Source: a virus | Lineage: Duplodnaviria > Caudoviricetes | Virus record (IMG/VR): IMGVR_UViG_3300027728_000083 | Coordinates: 1-25,381 of that record | Length of the DNA: 25,381 nucleotides | Reading direction: 5' to 3' (one strand) | In this document: piece after piece, positions 24,049 to 25,381 of the stretch | Layout of the letters: each line of letters begins with the position of its first letter | Position numbering within the stretch: the first letter of the stretch is position 1 | The notes under the pieces: generated by a model | What the model was told of the DNA's origin: nothing | What the model saw: the letters and a program-made list of their open reading frames with translations, nothing else | Databases searched by the model: none | Program-made: the position numbers and the translations under genes

Positions 24049-24420
24049 ATGAAGACGATCACGTTCCTTGCTAGTCTCGCGCTCGCCGCCTGCGCCACAA
24101 CGCCGGAGCCCAAGCCCGAGCCGCCTACCGCGCCGAAAGCTCGCGCCATGGCCGTCCACAGCGTGCCTACCGGCATGATGGTCGCGGTAGACAACGAGTG
24201 GGTCGGCATCACGCCGTGCGTCATCATGCTCCCTGACGACGGCGAGGGCGGATTCAAGGGACCGCTGCTCACCGTCATCGAAGCCGTGCCAGTCACCGGC
24301 GGCCTGCAGTCCACTAAGATGTGGTGGCCGGGCCAGAGGATCCCTTCGAGGGTGGTCTTCACGCTGCCCTGGGCGCCGCAGCAGCCGGCGAAGAAGGCGG
24401 ATCTGGTGGTCGCGCCGTAG
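24049..24420 (+). CDS. Lipoprotein with PEGA-like domain, 123 aa
   Basis: Signal MKTITFLASLALAA-C (lipobox LAAC); S.P.G..V.VD...VG.TP PEGA pattern. Confidence 0.75.
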   Translation: MKTITFLASLALAACATTPEPKPEPPTAPKARAMAVHSVPTGMMVAVDNEWVGITPCVIMLPDDGEGGFKGPLLTVIEAVPVTGGLQSTKMWWPGQRIPSRVVFTLPWAPQQPAKKADLVVAP

Positions 24421-24461
24421 CGTCCGCTGTGGGGGTATTGCCGGAAAATTCTCTGATTTGG

Positions 24462-24505
24462 CTACAGAGAGGAATTGCGGCGGTTCCGAGGTGCCCTCTC
24501 TGTAG
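24462..24505. terminator. Inverted repeat between convergent genes
   Basis: CTACAGAGAGG (24462-24472) / CCTCTCTGTAG (24495-24505), 11-bp perfect arms. Confidence 0.45.
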
Positions 24506-24515
24506 GATTGTACCG

Positions 24516-24809
24516 TTAATCCGGTAGTTCGACCCGCTGATCCATGGTCGCGTAGTGCCGCTCAGTCGTTGAGCTGGTCGTGTGCCCGAGGAACCTTGAG
24601 ACGGTGCGCAGGACCGAGCTATCAAAAAGGGTGCCGTAAACGTCGGTTATTGTGTATAGCCATTGACGTTTCATAAATGCCGCGCGGCCCATGGCGAGGT
24701 TGGTCTTCTGCGAGGCCGGCGCCAGCTGTGTCTTGCGCAGGAAGTCCGAGACCAGCTTCCGGTTGAGGCGGGTGAGGGGAAGCGCGCGGAGTTTCTCCCG
24801 GTCGGTCAC
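24516..24809 (-). pseudogene. int: Internally deleted tyrosine integrase (97-aa open remnant)
   Basis: C-terminal VSRFLGHTTSSTTERHYA (LGH...Y); N-terminal part resembles core-binding-domain helices; catalytic R, K and HxxR absent; adjacent to a tRNA fragment. Confidence 0.75.
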
Positions 24810-24862
24810 ACGGACCCTTACAAGCGCCTACAGAACAGCCTTTACAGAGTAACTTTCCAGAC

Positions 24863-24901
24863 GCCGGTATAGCTCAGCTGGTAGAGCACCTGATTTGTAA
24901 T
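24863..24901 (+). tRNA. 5' half of tRNA-Thr(UGU), probable attP identity block
   Basis: GCCGGTA-TA-GCTC-AGCTGGTA-GAGC-A-CCTGA-TTTGTAA-T, then diverges (AAGC instead of CAGG); no T-arm or 3' acceptor strand. Confidence 0.85.
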
Positions 24902-25044
24902 AAGCTGCTGTGCCCAGCATTCATGCGGGTCTTCGAGGGGCGTGGCTGGCGGTGTGGCAAGGCACTCCTCTGTATTCCGATCATGCAACGCCGCACGTCA
25001 TTCTGCGCAAATGTCCCGCGAGAACACTTAGTGGTAATGACGAA

Positions 25045-25061
25045 GCCCGCCGTAGCGGGCT
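25045..25061 (-). terminator. GC hairpin after the incoming minus-strand genes
   Basis: AGCCCGC-CGTA-GCGGGCT on plus (UACG, a UNCG-type loop, on minus); short T tail. Confidence 0.45.
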
Positions 25062-25135
25062 CCGAGTCTCCTGCACCGCGCTTGGCGGGGGAGCGTTAAG
25101 CTGTCTCTGCTTCCAGCTCCCGGTCCAATGCCGTG

Positions 25136-25381
25136 TCAAAGCACGCCACCTTGTCCATGAGCTTGCCCTCGCGTCACCTTGCGCGTCTTTTTGCGGGCGC
25201 GGGCAGAGAACTCGGAAGCTGTTTGCTGCTGAGAAAATTGTTTTTGCAGGATAAGGTTTTCTCCTTTTTTTGTAATTTGCGCTTGGAATATGCGAAAAAC
25301 TCCATCTTCGCCCCTGTCTTCGGAAGACACCTGCTTAATTGTCGCCAAGCCACGCCTCTCAAGGGATTTCCAAACTCCAAC
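25136..25381 (-). CDS. 3' end of a gene entering from outside the window
   Basis: Frame is open to the window edge: VGVWKSLERRGLATIKQV...GGVL*. Confidence 0.55.
   Translation of the reverse strand, partial: VGVWKSLERRGLATIKQVSSEDRGEDGVFRIFQAQITKKGENLILQKQFSQQQTASEFSARARKKTRKVTRGQAHGQGGVL

Noticed and set aside
24863-24940. Complete functional tRNA-Thr
   Set aside because: No 3' anticodon stem, T-arm (GTTC) or acceptor 3' strand follows
1-25381. Stop-codon reassignment
   Set aside because: TAA, TAG and TGA all end genes at coupled junctions and core genes are uninterrupted in code 11

Overview
About 25 kb of a tailed dsDNA phage genome (Caudoviricetes, podovirus-like head and tail genes, GC-rich). 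The A/C-rich, SD-poor leaders fit an environmental PVC or Verrucomicrobia-type host, but that is an inference. A long minus-strand operon runs from ~22180 down to 1. It encodes small early genes, a dual-frame C5 DNA methyltransferase, an HTH protein, TerS, an HNH nuclease, a replication initiator with an internal iteron origin, a PD-(D/E)XK nuclease, DnaB, an Hjc-type resolvase, a T7 gp2.5-like SSB and a Cas4-like exonuclease. These are followed by small genes, TerL, scaffold, major capsid, decoration protein, portal, adaptor, a fibre-like protein and holin-like genes. A divergent control region (22180-22488) drives a short plus-strand operon ending in a PEGA-like lipoprotein. The right end holds an internally deleted tyrosine integrase, a 5'-half tRNA-Thr(UGU) as a probable attP core, and the 3' end of a gene entering from outside the window. 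The most unusual items are: a three-stem structured RNA candidate (11491-11593) with a duplicated 10-nt motif complementary to sequences just after several start codons; a collapsed lysogeny module; a fully overlapping two-frame methyltransferase; a fibre-like protein with a signal peptide; and a palindrome-dense intergenic region. All family assignments come from motif recognition by eye; no searches were run.
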